From the human T2T-CHM13v2.0 reference genome, Homo sapiens: 64,000 nucleotides of DNA. Shown here in pieces: positions 1 to 12,405 of this stretch (position 1 is the first letter of the stretch; each line of letters opens with the position of its first letter). The position numbers and the translations under genes were made by a program. The stretch lies in assembly GCF_009914755.1 (NCBI RefSeq), contig NC_060933.1. One strand, 5' to 3'. Under the pieces are notes generated by a model that was not told the origin of the DNA, did no database searches, and saw nothing but the letters and a program-made list of their open reading frames with translations.

Positions 1-330
1 CACCTGTAATCCCAGCACTTTGGAAGCCTGAGGAAGGTGAATTGCTTGAGCCCAGGAGTTCGAGACCAGCCTGGGCAACATGACAAAACCCTGTCTCTAC
101 AAAAAATACAAAAATTAGCAGGGCATGGTGGTGTGCACCTGTATTCCCAGCTACTGGCAGGGGTCAGGTGGGAGGACCACCTGAGCCTGGAAGGTCTGGG
201 CTGCAATGACCTGTGTGTGATCCAGCCACTGCACTCCAGCCTGAGTGACAGGGCAAGACCCTGTCAAAAGAAAAAAAGAAAAGACAAAAGAAAAAAGAAA
301 AGAAAAGAAAAGAGAAAAGAAAAGAAAGGA
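1..330 (+). mobile_element. Alu, J-type, cut by the window edge; tail expanded to (GAAAA)n
   Basis: cctgtaatcccagcactttgg...ttgagcccaggagttcgagaccagcctgggcaac...cactgcactccagcctg...caagaccctgtc followed by an A-rich tail. Confidence 0.93.
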
Positions 331-666
331 GGGGAGGGGAGGGGAGGGGAGAGAAAAGAAAAAAGAGGAGAGGAGAAGAGAGGAGGAGAAGGAAAGAGAG
401 CAGGAATAGCATTCATTATCACTTCCAGAAAGATGATGTTTCAATGTTAACTACTCCTTTTTGTACCTAAATATCAAGACCTTGTGAAAAGAAAAGAAAA
501 GAAAAGAGAAAACAAAAGAAAACAAAAGAGGGGAGGGGAGGGGAGGGGAGGGTTTGGGAGGGGAGGGAAAGAGAGCAGGAATAGCATTCATTATAACTTC
601 CAGAAAGACGATGTTTCAATGTTAACTACTCCTTTTTGTACCTAAATATCAAGACCTTGTGAAAAG

Positions 667-699
<33 letters not shown>

Positions 700-785
700 A
701 GGAAAGGAAGCAGGAATAGCATTCATTATAACTTCCAGAAAGATGATATTTCAATGTTAACTACTCCTTTTTATACCTAAATATC
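254..785. repeat. Three-copy tandem duplication (units 254-474, 475-649, 650-784)
   Basis: Each unit is caagacc(c/t)tgt, a purine microsatellite, and a ~77-bp core agcaggaatagcattcatt...tacctaaatatc (cores start at 399, 574, 709); 2-3 substitutions between cores. Confidence 0.95.
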
Positions 786-919
786 CTACAAAACATATCT
801 CCTTTACACGATTCATCCAGTAAGTATATTTATATTTCATATTCCATTGTTTGCTTTTGTATGTTTGGCCATATCAATTCAAAAGCACTGAAAAATGTTC
901 ATTTCATTTAAAGGCCAAG

Positions 920-1310
920 ATTAAATGTATGAATTTGAGTCTATAGGCAAAGGATACAACTGGCAGCTGTACCTGAATTAAGTGGAGGTGTTTGAGTGAA
1001 ACTGTAGATAGATCATTTGAGAGGCTGTACAATGGAGAAAGGAAGCTGTTCAATTAAGGTGTTAGAAGCAAATCGGAAGGTAAGGAAAAACACAAGGGTC
1101 ACTTGTCAGTTATTACATGGGAATGCATTGGTCAGAAGAAGCAAGACAGAAGAATAAGTTAATGAAAATCCACATGCTTCGAACTTGGACACAGGGAGAA
1201 GGATGGCGGTACTATTGACTGAAATAAGAATGCAGTGTTTTGGAGGGATGTTCACTGAGGTGAGAAGAGGATGACAACTTCTGGGGGACCCTGAGGCTGG
1301 TGGGACCACC
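920..1310 (-). mobile_element. Degenerate L2 fragment
   Basis: Purine-rich L2-like text (gtagatagatcatttgagaggctg...ggatggcggtactattgactgaaataaga); recalled similarity only. Confidence 0.45.
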
Positions 1311-2736
1311 CACATACAAGTGGTACCTGCCTCAACTTTTCTCCAGTAGAGAACAATGAAGACATTTCACATTCTTTTTTATGCAAGACTATTAGCATGT
1401 TTTAAACAATTGCCTCTAGAGTGATTATTTAAAATTATAATCGATTAGTTTAAATCATGATGTGTTCTGTGATTGGGTATGGCATTGTTATGAACTACTA
1501 CCGTGCCTTCAGACTGATTAGGTATTAAAACTTACAAAAAGGAAAGGATTATTAATAACACCAGTAGTTAGTACTTTCATGTGTTTATATTCAACATTCT
1601 GTCAATAACAAAACCCTAACATTTATTCATTAGTAAAAAAAGACTTATATTTTACTTATATTTGGTGTGCGTGCTGGGCAAAGGGTAGGATGTCTTAGCT
1701 CTCCATTACTTCCAACACATAACAGGTATTCAAAGAATGTTACTTTTGAATAGACTGAATAACAAATATAAAAAAGCACATGTAGATTAAGACAAAGTTA
1801 CTCTGCAAATGTTTTAAAAGAGAAATGGCATTCTTTCATCTCAGTGGCCTCTTCCATTTCTAGAAGAGAGAGCAGGAAGGGGAAGGGAAAGGTACTATCC
1901 CTGACATTAATGCTAAGGGTGTAAACATTATAATATCTTACTTTGCCTTCCTTCTGGGAAACAGAGCACTTCAACCATATCTAGAAATACTTGAGAGACT
2001 ATTCTGCTACTGACTTATTTTTTTTAAAACTAAAAATAAATCCAAGTGGGAATAAAGGGCAGATTAAAATATCATAGCATCACAGACTCTCTGACATCAT
2101 CATGCTGTGTTTTTTACCCAAAGTTTGAATCTCCTGCCTCTCTAGCACCCCCAGAAAATGATCACTCACCTCTACCTCCTAAAATTGCCCTGGTAATTTT
2201 CAGGAAGCTGAGATCATTCCAGAGTTCTTCCTGGGACCAATCCAAAAATCTGCCACTCGCTGAGCCTGATTTGGCTGTCTGCATGAACACAAAATGAGTC
2301 TAATCCCTCTTCTACATGACAGTCCACAGAGGCAACCACCAGTTTCATAACTGGTTTAGTTGTTTTTCTTACACCCTGAGGGACCAGGAGAATTACATTT
2401 TCACATTCTCAGCCCAACTGTCTTTTCTGCAAGAACTTTCCTAAATGAATAAATAGTCTGTCATTTTAGAACTAGCTCTTATCAAAGAAGAGTATCGCTA
2501 TTCTTGCAGTTTTTTTTTTTTCTATAAAATAGTAAAGTTGTGTCCTTCACATTATGGTAAGTCTGGGAGGCTATTAGTGAGAATATGAGTTTCTCTAGTT
2601 TTGTTCTGTTATTTGATATAGTGTTATTTTTAATATACTGTCATTCAGATGTGAATATGACATGATTAATACATTATTGGTAAATGTCATTTAAGATATG
2701 CTTCCAGGAGAAGCAATGGTATTACACTGAGCTTTT

Positions 2737-2893
2737 TGACCCTCATTCTTCATATTTGTGAATTCACCTATTTGCTAAAGTTTATTTGTAACCTCCAAGT
2801 CAATACTTATGGTGATTTCAGCCATTTCATACAGTGGCAAAATATTTGAGTTGCCCAACACATGCAGTCACAGCTAAGGTCAAACAAGGCAAC
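2737..2893 (+). mobile_element. TcMar-Tigger MITE fragment (MER82-like)
   Basis: gaccctcatt...atatttgtgaattcacctatttgctaaagtttatttgtaacc...aatatttgagttgcccaac...cagctaaggtcaaacaaggcaac matches the recalled MER82 5' end. Confidence 0.7.
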
Positions 2894-3742
2894 CAGTTTA
2901 TGCATTTGTGGCAAATGAGACTAATGAGTTCAGAGGTTTGATCATCCCATGACCAGGTATAGGTTTATTCATAGTAAAAGACCTCCCTGCCTGTATTCAG
3001 TTTGATAAGATGCCACACAGATTAATGCTGAATGTTGTAAGGAAGGCCAGGATAAATGAGGGTAGACTGAAATAGAGAAGATAATCACTTAAGTACTCTT
3101 TAGGACTGAGTCAATTTCATTTTCCTTTTATGTAGAGCCCTACAATGTAGAATCCTACAGCTTCTCATATCTTTGCAAAGATAACTACTACAAAGGAGTT
3201 TATGCAAGAAATAAGAGGGCATATAAGGGATCTGGCACATTGGGATCTTGGACCTTTAGACATGAGACAAAATGACAAAATGAGACAAAAGACATGAGAC
3301 ACAAGACAAAATGACAGACATCCGGTCACTTTCAGGAACAAGTATCTGTTAGCCAAAGTCTACGACAGAGTTGGACAATTACTTAGCCCTGACTAGTCCT
3401 CATATTTCACAAAAAGTAATCTACATATGGCAAGTAACTCCACCAAGGAAGAGGGCTTCCTATTTTCCCACTTTCTGAACTAAATCAGCTCAAGCTACTT
3501 TTAAAGAAAGGAGAGCCCACTCTTGAGACTTCTTTGCTCCTTCTTTTGTTTGGCCTGCTAATTCTTTCTCCATCTGAGGGGTGAGAAAGACTTCTTTTTA
3601 GCTGTCTCTTTCACTGCCAACCTGCTTTGATAATGTTCTGGGGGCTTTACCAGAATGACATTTTAGACCACTCTAACTCAGCTTAGCCACTGAAGCTGAG
3701 CACAGCTGAAGAAAGCACTCAATTAGCAACTCCAACTTCAAA

Positions 3743-3830
3743 GGCTATATTATTCTCTCCTCAATACACATGTGTAACTCCCATTAGCGTTAATGGGAGC
3801 TGTGGGAGCCCACGGCTCAGAGAATATACC
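3743..3830. repeat. Degenerate ~85-bp palindrome (ancient MITE-like relic)
   Basis: Inner stem ctcccatta/taatgggag (3778-3786/3791-3799) and outer stem tattctct/agagaata (3751-3758/3819-3826) share the same symmetry axis. Confidence 0.7.
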
Positions 3831-6800
3831 TCCAAGTCTGTTTGCTTGATGAGCATGCAATTAAACCTTATGGCCCAAATTTTTCAAGGAGGGCATAGTA
3901 AGTACACCAAGCACTCATGCAAAATCAAGTGTGCTTACTTTGAGAAAAAGTAAGCTATCGCCACTATTTAAACATGAAGAAAGAGCAGTCTAAATTAGGT
4001 CTATTTTAATTTCATTTGTCCTCTTAGGTGTGGACAATGGCCTTTCATGGTGTTTTGAGGAAAGTCACTCCTCTTTTTTAAAAGGTGAATTATATGTTTT
4101 TAGAAGCATTAGTTCACATTGCTTAAAAGACTAGCTAGCCTCAAGGGTAAAAATGTCTAATAAGAACAAAACCATTCTAAGTGAATTTCGTACACATAAA
4201 ATCCAGCATGGCACCTATATACACTCAGTGGCTTTTCCTGTCTTTATTTAATAGCTGTATTCTAACTTAAAATTAGGAAAAAAATTGATTTGACATTAAA
4301 AAGAAAAAAAAATTTTGAGAGGAAAATGCATGCCCCAATAATAAATTTGTCCTTATCAGGAAGTAATAATTTCCGTCCCTTTCTTGCATTCTAAAGAGAT
4401 TTGTCCATATATTTTCAACATGAAATCAATATATATTTCAGCTTCAATGAAATATCAATATATGTCAGCTAGTCTGTGCTACAGCCACAGTCTTGAACAA
4501 CATCTTCATGGGGAAAATAATCTTGATAATTTAGTACCATTTAAAACAATTCCTTTTCTATTATTCAGACATTTTCCCCAAAATTTAAAAAGAAATTTAT
4601 GAATGAAAGTTTTTACATTTTATAAAGGAGAGTTAGCTAATCACTTTTAAAGTCATACAAGTGAATTGTTGATCTACTATTGACACATAATTCACTCTAC
4701 CACCAAACCTCATATCCTGACTTTCTAACCACATGAGGCTTTTTTAGGTACTGGACCATCAGTACAAATCAATTGAAGTGCAACGGGCCAATGAACTTAT
4801 CAGAAAGACAAAAGCGTCCACACTAAGCTTATGGGAATGTCGAGATGTCAGGAGACTTTTCAAGTTGTAACATGGCAGATGAGCTAGAGGAAAACTCCTT
4901 TAAAATTTCATCTAGTACATGGTCTTCATAACTTCATTTTGCACTAAATATTTAACACCTTGCTTTACAAGTTTGATAACTACCATGTCTTCATAAAATT
5001 TCAAAGCCCATGTGTTAAAGGAAAGAAGTATTTCAAAACTGAACACAGGGATCCCTTACTTCAGACTCTAGGCAGACTGAATAAAGAATGATAACCATAG
5101 ATTAGATAATAAACCGTGGTCTGTGGTTAACAGAATTTTTAATGATGACAAATGTGAGAAACATTCACTATTTCTTATCAAAAAAAGATTGTGGTTTTTC
5201 TCTCATATCTGCAATCTTATTCATAAAGTTGAAAGCTACTACAATAGATACCCTACTTTCAGAGCATATCTCACATACAAAACTACCTTTCAAGTGAGAG
5301 ATAAAGACTGCCGATGTTATTACAGAGGGGCTAGACAGTTTTATTCTTAGATGTTTTGGATGTGATTTACTCTGGCTAAAAATACTAATAATTTAACTAT
5401 GCTATTAATCCTGCTGAAGTGATTATGCCCTCCATGAGAGGCTAAGCTGAAACTCATCCAGACCTTCAGTTGGCACAGAACACACTGATTTCCTCATATA
5501 GAAGTTCAGTTGGTAGTGGTTTAATCGGGGATTATCAGTGTATAAAATGGCATTTATTCGAACACCCCTGTGAGTACAACCGTACTCTACTTTCTATAAC
5601 TGTTGTCCAAAATACTTATTTACAAATCCTTTTTTTCCCAATCTGGCTCTTCTATAAGAGATAAAAATATATTTTCATTTGATATAAACCAAAATACACT
5701 GAGAGTTCATGAACCTTGGATGGGTCAAGGGATGTGAAGTAAATCAATGAGTAATAACAGCAATTACCTAAAATACTTGCAGAAAGAAGGAAGAGAGAGA
5801 AGAAAGATGGGAAAGAAGGCTGGGAGAATGAAGATGTCTACTCAGTGTCTCTGATGAGGGTTGGTCGATGAAGCACCCATATTATGATCTGAGAGGCAGC
5901 TGAGATTTGTGCACTTCTCAGGAGAGAGAACTGCTGTCTCATTTTGGAGAAATGCTTATAACTCTTATCAAGTGGATGTGCAAAACCTGATGTACATAAG
6001 TAATTTATTCCTATTCCTGATTACTAGGCTACAATCAACATCAGATATGTCACTTAGATGTCCCAACTTTTAAAATTTACTGACATGTATTATTTCAGCA
6101 ACATATTTGAGTCCCTTCTCTGTAGCACCTCTTGTCTAAGTACTGGGATAAGCAATACTGATTTCATTCCTACTTAAAAGAACAAACAAAACTACTTTGT
6201 TTTTAAGTCTTACAGTCTTGATTTTAAAAATCCAAAAGGCTTGAATTTAAAGAGTCTAAAAATCCTTAAAATGAAACTCTTGAGTAGATAAACTTTCTTA
6301 AAAATAAGTATTTCTATAAGTGTATTTATATATGTACATAAAAGGGTGAATTCAACTTCTCTTTATCTTTAGACTCTTGTAAAAGTTGCCATTGAAAGGC
6401 ACATCTGATACGGCAATTTCAGCACAGAACATACTCAATAGGAAACAACTAACTAGAGAACTAAAGATGTACCGTCTTTGAGTCTTGCTCATTTTTTAAA
6501 AAAATCACTAACTTTGAAACTGGTAGGTTGTCCCACTTAAAGCTCTTGATTTTTAATTGCCATTTCTTTTTACACCCAATTAAATTGTCAGAGTAGTGAA
6601 GAATTGCCCAACTGAGTAGAACTGTGAGGATCTTCTCACTGCTGCTTTCCGCAGTCTTAATTTGCAGATGCTTTTGCCTAAAATAAAAATTTAAAGTCAC
6701 TTCCTCAACAATAAGACCTGTAAAGCTTCCACCAACTGCTGTTTAAGACAGACGCAAAAAGAAAATTTGCTGCACGAGTTTGGGGCCATAGAAAAAGGAA

Positions 6801-7235
6801 TATTTTCCTATATTTGTAAGATATTTGGGTTCTGAATAACAGATTACCATGTCCCTTAATCTGATACATATTAAATGAAGACCACATAGGTAAAGGGCTT
6901 GGTACCTTTCAATTAGCTCAGCAAGTCTATCAACTGGTAATATTCAAAAAGAACAAACAAAACTCATGCTGGACTGTTCATTTTCATGAAAACATATTGT
7001 GTATAAAGCCATGAATGGTGATCAAAGATTCCTGTGAATAATTTTCTTAATGAAAGAGGACTAATTACTTGCTAGATTCTCAGACCAATGGTATGGTATC
7101 TTGACAATCTCCATCTACCAGAGGTTTCAAAGAGAAAGCCATGGAGTCATAAAACACCAAGACAACTCAGTTCCAACATATCTGAAATGACTTGCCCTCA
7201 CCTTTTAACTTCCTGTGGTTGCCTCAAACATTTAA

Positions 7236-7616
<381 letters not shown>

Positions 7617-7619
7617 ATA

Positions 7620-8051
7620 CATTTATTTTTTAATTGAGACATAAAAGTGTATTTACCACATACAAAATGATGTTTTGAACTATTATGTATACATTGTGAA
7701 ATAGTTAAATCTTGCTCAGTAACATACGCATTATCTTACATAGTTACCACTTTTGTGTTTGAGAATACTTTGTACCCATTCTCTTAGCATCTTTCAAGAA
7801 TACAAAACATTATGAACTATAGTCACCATGTTCTACAACAGTTCTCTTAAACTTACTCCTCCTAACTGAAATGTTCTATCCTTTGACCACCATCTCCCCA
7901 ACCCCCACCCCTCAACCTGCTCAGCCTCTGGTAACCAACATTCTACTCTCTACTACTGATATCAATTTTTTTAGATTCCACAAATCAGTGAGATCCCATA
8001 GCATTTGTCTTTCTGTGAATGGCTTATTTCAATTACCATAATATTTTACAA
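7620..8051 (-). mobile_element. L1MA-type 3' UTR fragment
   Basis: aactatagtcaccatgttctacaa...tatcctttgacc...ctctggtaaccaacattctactctct...ttttagattccaca...gtgagatc...gcatttgtctttctgtg...ggcttatttc. Confidence 0.85.
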
Positions 8052-8431
8052 GATATAAAGAGGTATAACAACCAAATGCATTAAAAAAAGAAGTACCCTC
8101 TTAACTAGCCTTTCAGTGATAACTATGTCTTCTTTAATGCCTTTTTAATGCATTTTATTTTTCACAACCATTCAGCTCTTACATCCCACTCCACCCCATC
8201 TTTTTGTGTTCTCAGAGCTCTCTTTCTACCCAGGTTACACAGAAACTCAAGGACGATGACTAAATAAATCTCCATTACACAACCAACTCAGCAGCCCCTC
8301 TTGGTGGAGTTAAGGTATCTTTTACACATCTTCATCCTTTTCCTAGAGACCCCCAAAACAAAAAAAATCAACCCTTACACTTTTCTATGTCACATTACAC
8401 TCGATTGTATCCTTTGCAAGATAGCATTAAA

Positions 8432-8545
8432 GGGCAATATATGAAGTAGTAAATACAGAATAAACTTTAGAGTCAGAAAATCTGGTAATCACCACATTTA
8501 CCAGCATGTTTGGTCAAGCCACCTCTGAATCTCAGCTGCTCTGAA
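8432..8545 (+). mobile_element. MIR fragment
   Basis: actttagagtcagaaaatctgg...accagc...ggtcaagccacctctgaatctcag resembles the MIR core. Confidence 0.55.
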
Positions 8546-9499
8546 CTTGTAGCCTCTCCAGACACTGCACACAGACCCCCTTTAGTAGTCAGTAAAGCAC
8601 TTAGCAGACCTCTCCTTTAGGGCTAAGAATCTATCAGAACCTCAGATGGAACACCTATATATTAAAATTCACACATTCCAAAACTGCATTGAACGCTTGG
8701 TAATTACTAATTCTCTAGGATTTTTTTCCTTTGTTTGATCTTTGCTTTTCTAATTGCCAATAAAACCTGAGCAAGCAAATAGAGGTTCTGTATCATTTGC
8801 TCATTGAGAAAAGAAATCTGAAGATCTTCTAATATTTATCTTACAGACAAACGCTTTAAAGAAGAAGCCTAAACCATTCCTGCCTTCTACCTGTCTCTTC
8901 TCCTTTAATAAACAAGACAGCATGCCGCTCATGGAGAACCAGTTCAGAAATTCATTTGTTGAATTTTAGTAAATAATGCCACTAGACTTTAGAGCTAGTT
9001 TACATAAAAATAAAAATTAAGAATTTATAGTGTCTAATGTCTTGATGAAAAGGTTATTTTGCATCAGTGATGGTGGTGGTGGTACTGTTCAAATGCAATG
9101 AGAGGAGATAGAAACCTTGACCTTTCAGAATGGAGAAATTTTAACCAGGTACAGTCCAGTTAATGGCGGGGGGCAGGGGGTGGCAGGGAATCCTGTGTAA
9201 TGTGCAAAACCATCCTGTTACAGGAGAGAGCAGTGGATGTGTACTGCCTGTGTAGTATTGTATGTTAAACAGTAAAGGAAAAAAATAGTACCAAGATGTT
9301 CTCCATAAATTTAGAAACAGAATTATAAACATTGGGCAAAGTCCTTTCAAGTCTATATTAAGCCATGGAGGATTGTGATTCAGGAAAGACATTCACCCCT
9401 CTACGTGAGACTCACATTCAAGTGCTGATGTACACAAGTAATTTTTCTTCAATCATATGTAAAGTACAATGCAGTTCTTAGATCCCTTGGCCCCATCCC

Positions 9500-9712
9500 A
9501 GCAGCGGACCTAGATATTATTAAGTCTAAAGCTTACGAAACTTTAAAGGACTACTTTATGAAAACAAATGCAAAAATCTTATTTTTACAAATTTTAGAAA
9601 AATATATAATCAACCGGAGATACTAGTAAGTCTTCCCGGGTCTTTGGAAGGCATCGTACAAGGGAGGGCCCTAATTCCAAAGATTCCTCAACTGCAGGGT
9701 AAGCCTGTCTCT
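9500..9712 (-). mobile_element. hAT-Tip100 MITE (Arthur1A/MER69-like)
   Basis: Minus strand begins cagagacaggcttacc...agggccctcccttgtacg...ccttccaaag...; the other end cagcagcggacctag resembles the second terminal inverted repeat (TIR); recalled consensus. Confidence 0.6.
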
Positions 9713-11119
9713 GCTTCAACTCCACACCAATTACTTCCCCTCCACCATTCTGAGAGAGATTTTCTGGCACCCGAGTATGGCAAGAGTTTGGTGGGGGTCT
9801 TCGAACAAGAATTCATCTCACTGGAGGACACAGGAAGCGTGGTCCCTGAGCTTAATCAATGCTGTTAGCATATAGTTAACCAGGCTTGTGTAAAAGACAT
9901 CACATCAGCATTTCACCATTATGCTGTAAAGTAATTTTAATTTTTAAAAAAAATTTGTTTGTTTTTAAATAATCACAATCATATCTTAAAAATGTTGATA
10001 GGGAATTAAGAAAAGATTGGCTCAAACCCCAGTCGTACTGGGCAAAACCCCAGTCCTACTGGGCAGCATTTAGTGTCCTCCTTGGTTCTTTGTACTAGGT
10101 TTATGGCAAATCCTTGAGAATAATCATTTAAGTCAGAGTGAATTCTTCCTCCCAGATGATGATTTATCTGTTTGTAAGCTGAGATGAGGGAATTCCATTT
10201 GCTATTGAGCCAGTGAGTGTTAACTTTATTAACGCATCTTTGCAACTAAGATTAATGGGACCCATAGTAAGTCAGCTGTAGCACTTGATGTCAGTTTATA
10301 ACAAGCTTGGCAATACCTGGAAATTCAGATCTATCATCATAAGTTATAATGACATGCATAAAAATTTGAGTGTAAATAAAAGGCTCTTTAGGATACAGGG
10401 CTCTAATCCAAGTTGTTCAAGCCTTAAAAAGTAACTTATATAACAGTGTTCCTGTTTTGGAGTACAGTATATGCTAATGGCCTTTCCTCAAGGGTTAAAA
10501 TGCCTAAACTACCATCTTCTAATAAATAAATATTTTATTACAAAAATCAATTTTGCTTAATGAAGTCCTCTGAGGGAGAAGATGTTTTAAGACATTTTAC
10601 CAGTACACTTTAAAATCATTTTGTATTTAGGTATGCTCTGTCATCTCCACCTAGAGCAAAAAAGAATCATAAAAAATGATAAGTGCAGCAATAAAAAACT
10701 CCTCTTACTATTAGTTGGGAGAGAAACAAATGGGTATATTACTCTGAAGGTAATTACTTAAGTTTTTTTATTGCACCATATTTTCTCAAAACCGAACCAA
10801 AGTATATCCCAAATCTTCCTACAAATGAAATACAATTTTTCTCTCAGAACATTTTTACTCATCAGGACAAAAAGGTGAGCTTAATTCTTCTGTCAGCTGA
10901 GGCTTCATGTGTCAAACACATCTTACATTTCAACAAACCTTACTGTCATATTGATGGAATATTCAAGGAGACATTAGTTCTTACGGCAAGTACTAGCTTG
11001 AAAAGGTGTAAGCTGAATTACTGTGAGAGCACTTTTCTTCTAAAAATAGACTTTATTATCTCCAACCACAGTATATATGTATAACTGCCTTGTCATTTTA
11101 ACCAAATTTATGGCTTCCC

Positions 11120-11245
11120 ATCAGAGATTGTAGCTTCCTTGAAGGCAAGTGGGGGTAGTTTCTTTCCATCTTTTTATTCCCAACACTTAGCACACTTCCT
11201 GGACTAGAGAGAGCTAGATTATCAAATGAATAAATTCATGAATTA
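11120..11245 (+). mobile_element. L2 3' end
   Basis: agattgtagcttccttgaaggcaag...tattcccaacacttagcacacttcctgg...aaatgaataaattcatgaat. Confidence 0.65.
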
Positions 11246-11386
11246 ATACAAATTGCTTCTCATATATTGTATGCCTATCCGAGATGTGGAAGCAACATCT
11301 CCTGACATTTCTAATTTTTAAAAATAAACCTTAAATCCAGCAGTCTGCAAGAAAATAATATTTAGAAACTTTTTCCTAAAACTTGT

Positions 11387-11820
11387 CATTCATTCATTCC
11401 ATCAAGAAATTTTGGCTGGTAGCAGCGGCTTATGCCTGTAATCCCATGACTTTGGGAAAACGAGGTGGGAGGATCGCTTAAGCCAAGAGTTCAAGACCAG
11501 CCTGGGCAATATAGCAAGACCTATTTTCTAAAGAAAATTTACAAAATACAAAAAAAAAAATTAGCTGGGCAAGATGACTCATACTATAGTCCCAGCAACT
11601 CAGGGACTCAGGTGGGAAGATCCCTTGAACATAGGAGTGACAGGTTACAGTGAGCTATGATCTCACCACTGCATTCCAGCCTGGATGACAAAGTGGTACC
11701 CTGTCTCTAAAAAAACAAAAAACACAAATGTTTATGGAAAATGTCAGGCACTGTGCTTACTGCCATGTGTACAGTCTAGAGCAAAACAAAGCCATGCCCT
11801 TATGGAACTTCTAGTCTAAG
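11387..11820 (-). mobile_element. L2 3' fragment interrupted by an Alu
   Basis: cattcattcattcc [Alu] aaatgtttatgg...gtcaggcactgtgctt...tgcccttatggaacttctagtcta. Confidence 0.6.
11414..11727 (+). mobile_element. AluJ
   Basis: ggctgg...gcctgtaatccc...gaggtgggaggatcgctt...gaccagcctgggcaatatagcaagac...cagtgagctatgatc...cactgcattccagcctgg...ctgtctct plus A tail; diverged. Confidence 0.92.
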
Positions 11821-12164
11821 CATGCAACTAACTCTGTTTTTTAGGATAAAAGGAAAATTTCATCTAATTTTCTCTTAAGTATACTCCCCTATCACTTATG
11901 ACAGAATGATGTTCAAATTTCAAATATTTTGTGGATCCTACAACAGCCAAATGGTGGCATCTGGACCACATGATTATTTAGTGGACAAGGTAGCTTGACT
12001 TAAGGATTAAAAAATTTGTGTATTCCCAGCCTTAGCAAGATAATTCTGCCTGTGCCAAAAAGTTCTGCTTCACAAATGGGGCAGTTCCCTTTAATCAAAT
12101 AATTTGAAATTAACTCTTAATAATAATCCTACTGATCATAGTAATACTAGTGATGATAATGATA

Positions 12165-12405
12165 ATCACAACAACAACTCACATTTCCTGAGTGCCTAGA
12201 ACTTTGCTAACAGCTTTACATGGATTATCTCCTGTAATCATCCTCTTAAGTTTACTCAATAGGTCTTCTTATCTCGACTTGATAGACAGATGCTGAAGCT
12301 TAGAGAGGTTAGGAAATGTGCACATTTGCCGCAAAACAAATAGTGAAGTTAGGATTTGAACTCGGGTCTGTCTGTTTGCTGAACCTACACCCATAACTAC
12401 ACCTT
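12165..12405 (-). mobile_element. MIR
   Basis: ctcacatttcctgagtgcc...gctttacatggattatctc...ctgaagcttagagaggttagg...taggatttgaactcgggtctgtctg. Confidence 0.8.

Noticed and set aside
37-450. 137-aa ORF with K/R/E/G-rich tail and the overlapping minus-strand ORFs
   Set aside because: Translation of an Alu plus purine microsatellite. The same applies to ORFs at 7429, 11465, 27422, 28375, 38488, 38747, 45637, 52063, 55651 and 62750 (Alu peptides such as [10 protein letters not shown]).
399-785. Repeat-spacer-repeat layout resembling a CRISPR array
   Set aside because: Repeats are ~77 bp, spacers are homologous microsatellites, the context is eukaryotic and there are no cas genes; it is a tandem duplication.
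6580-6700. Acceptor-like ttttattttag followed by a 32-codon frame (GKSICKLRLRK...) in phase with the Ig1 exon
   Set aside because: No similarity to any PTPRD/LAR-family sequence I know, no convincing donor, and such acceptors are common in AT-rich introns.
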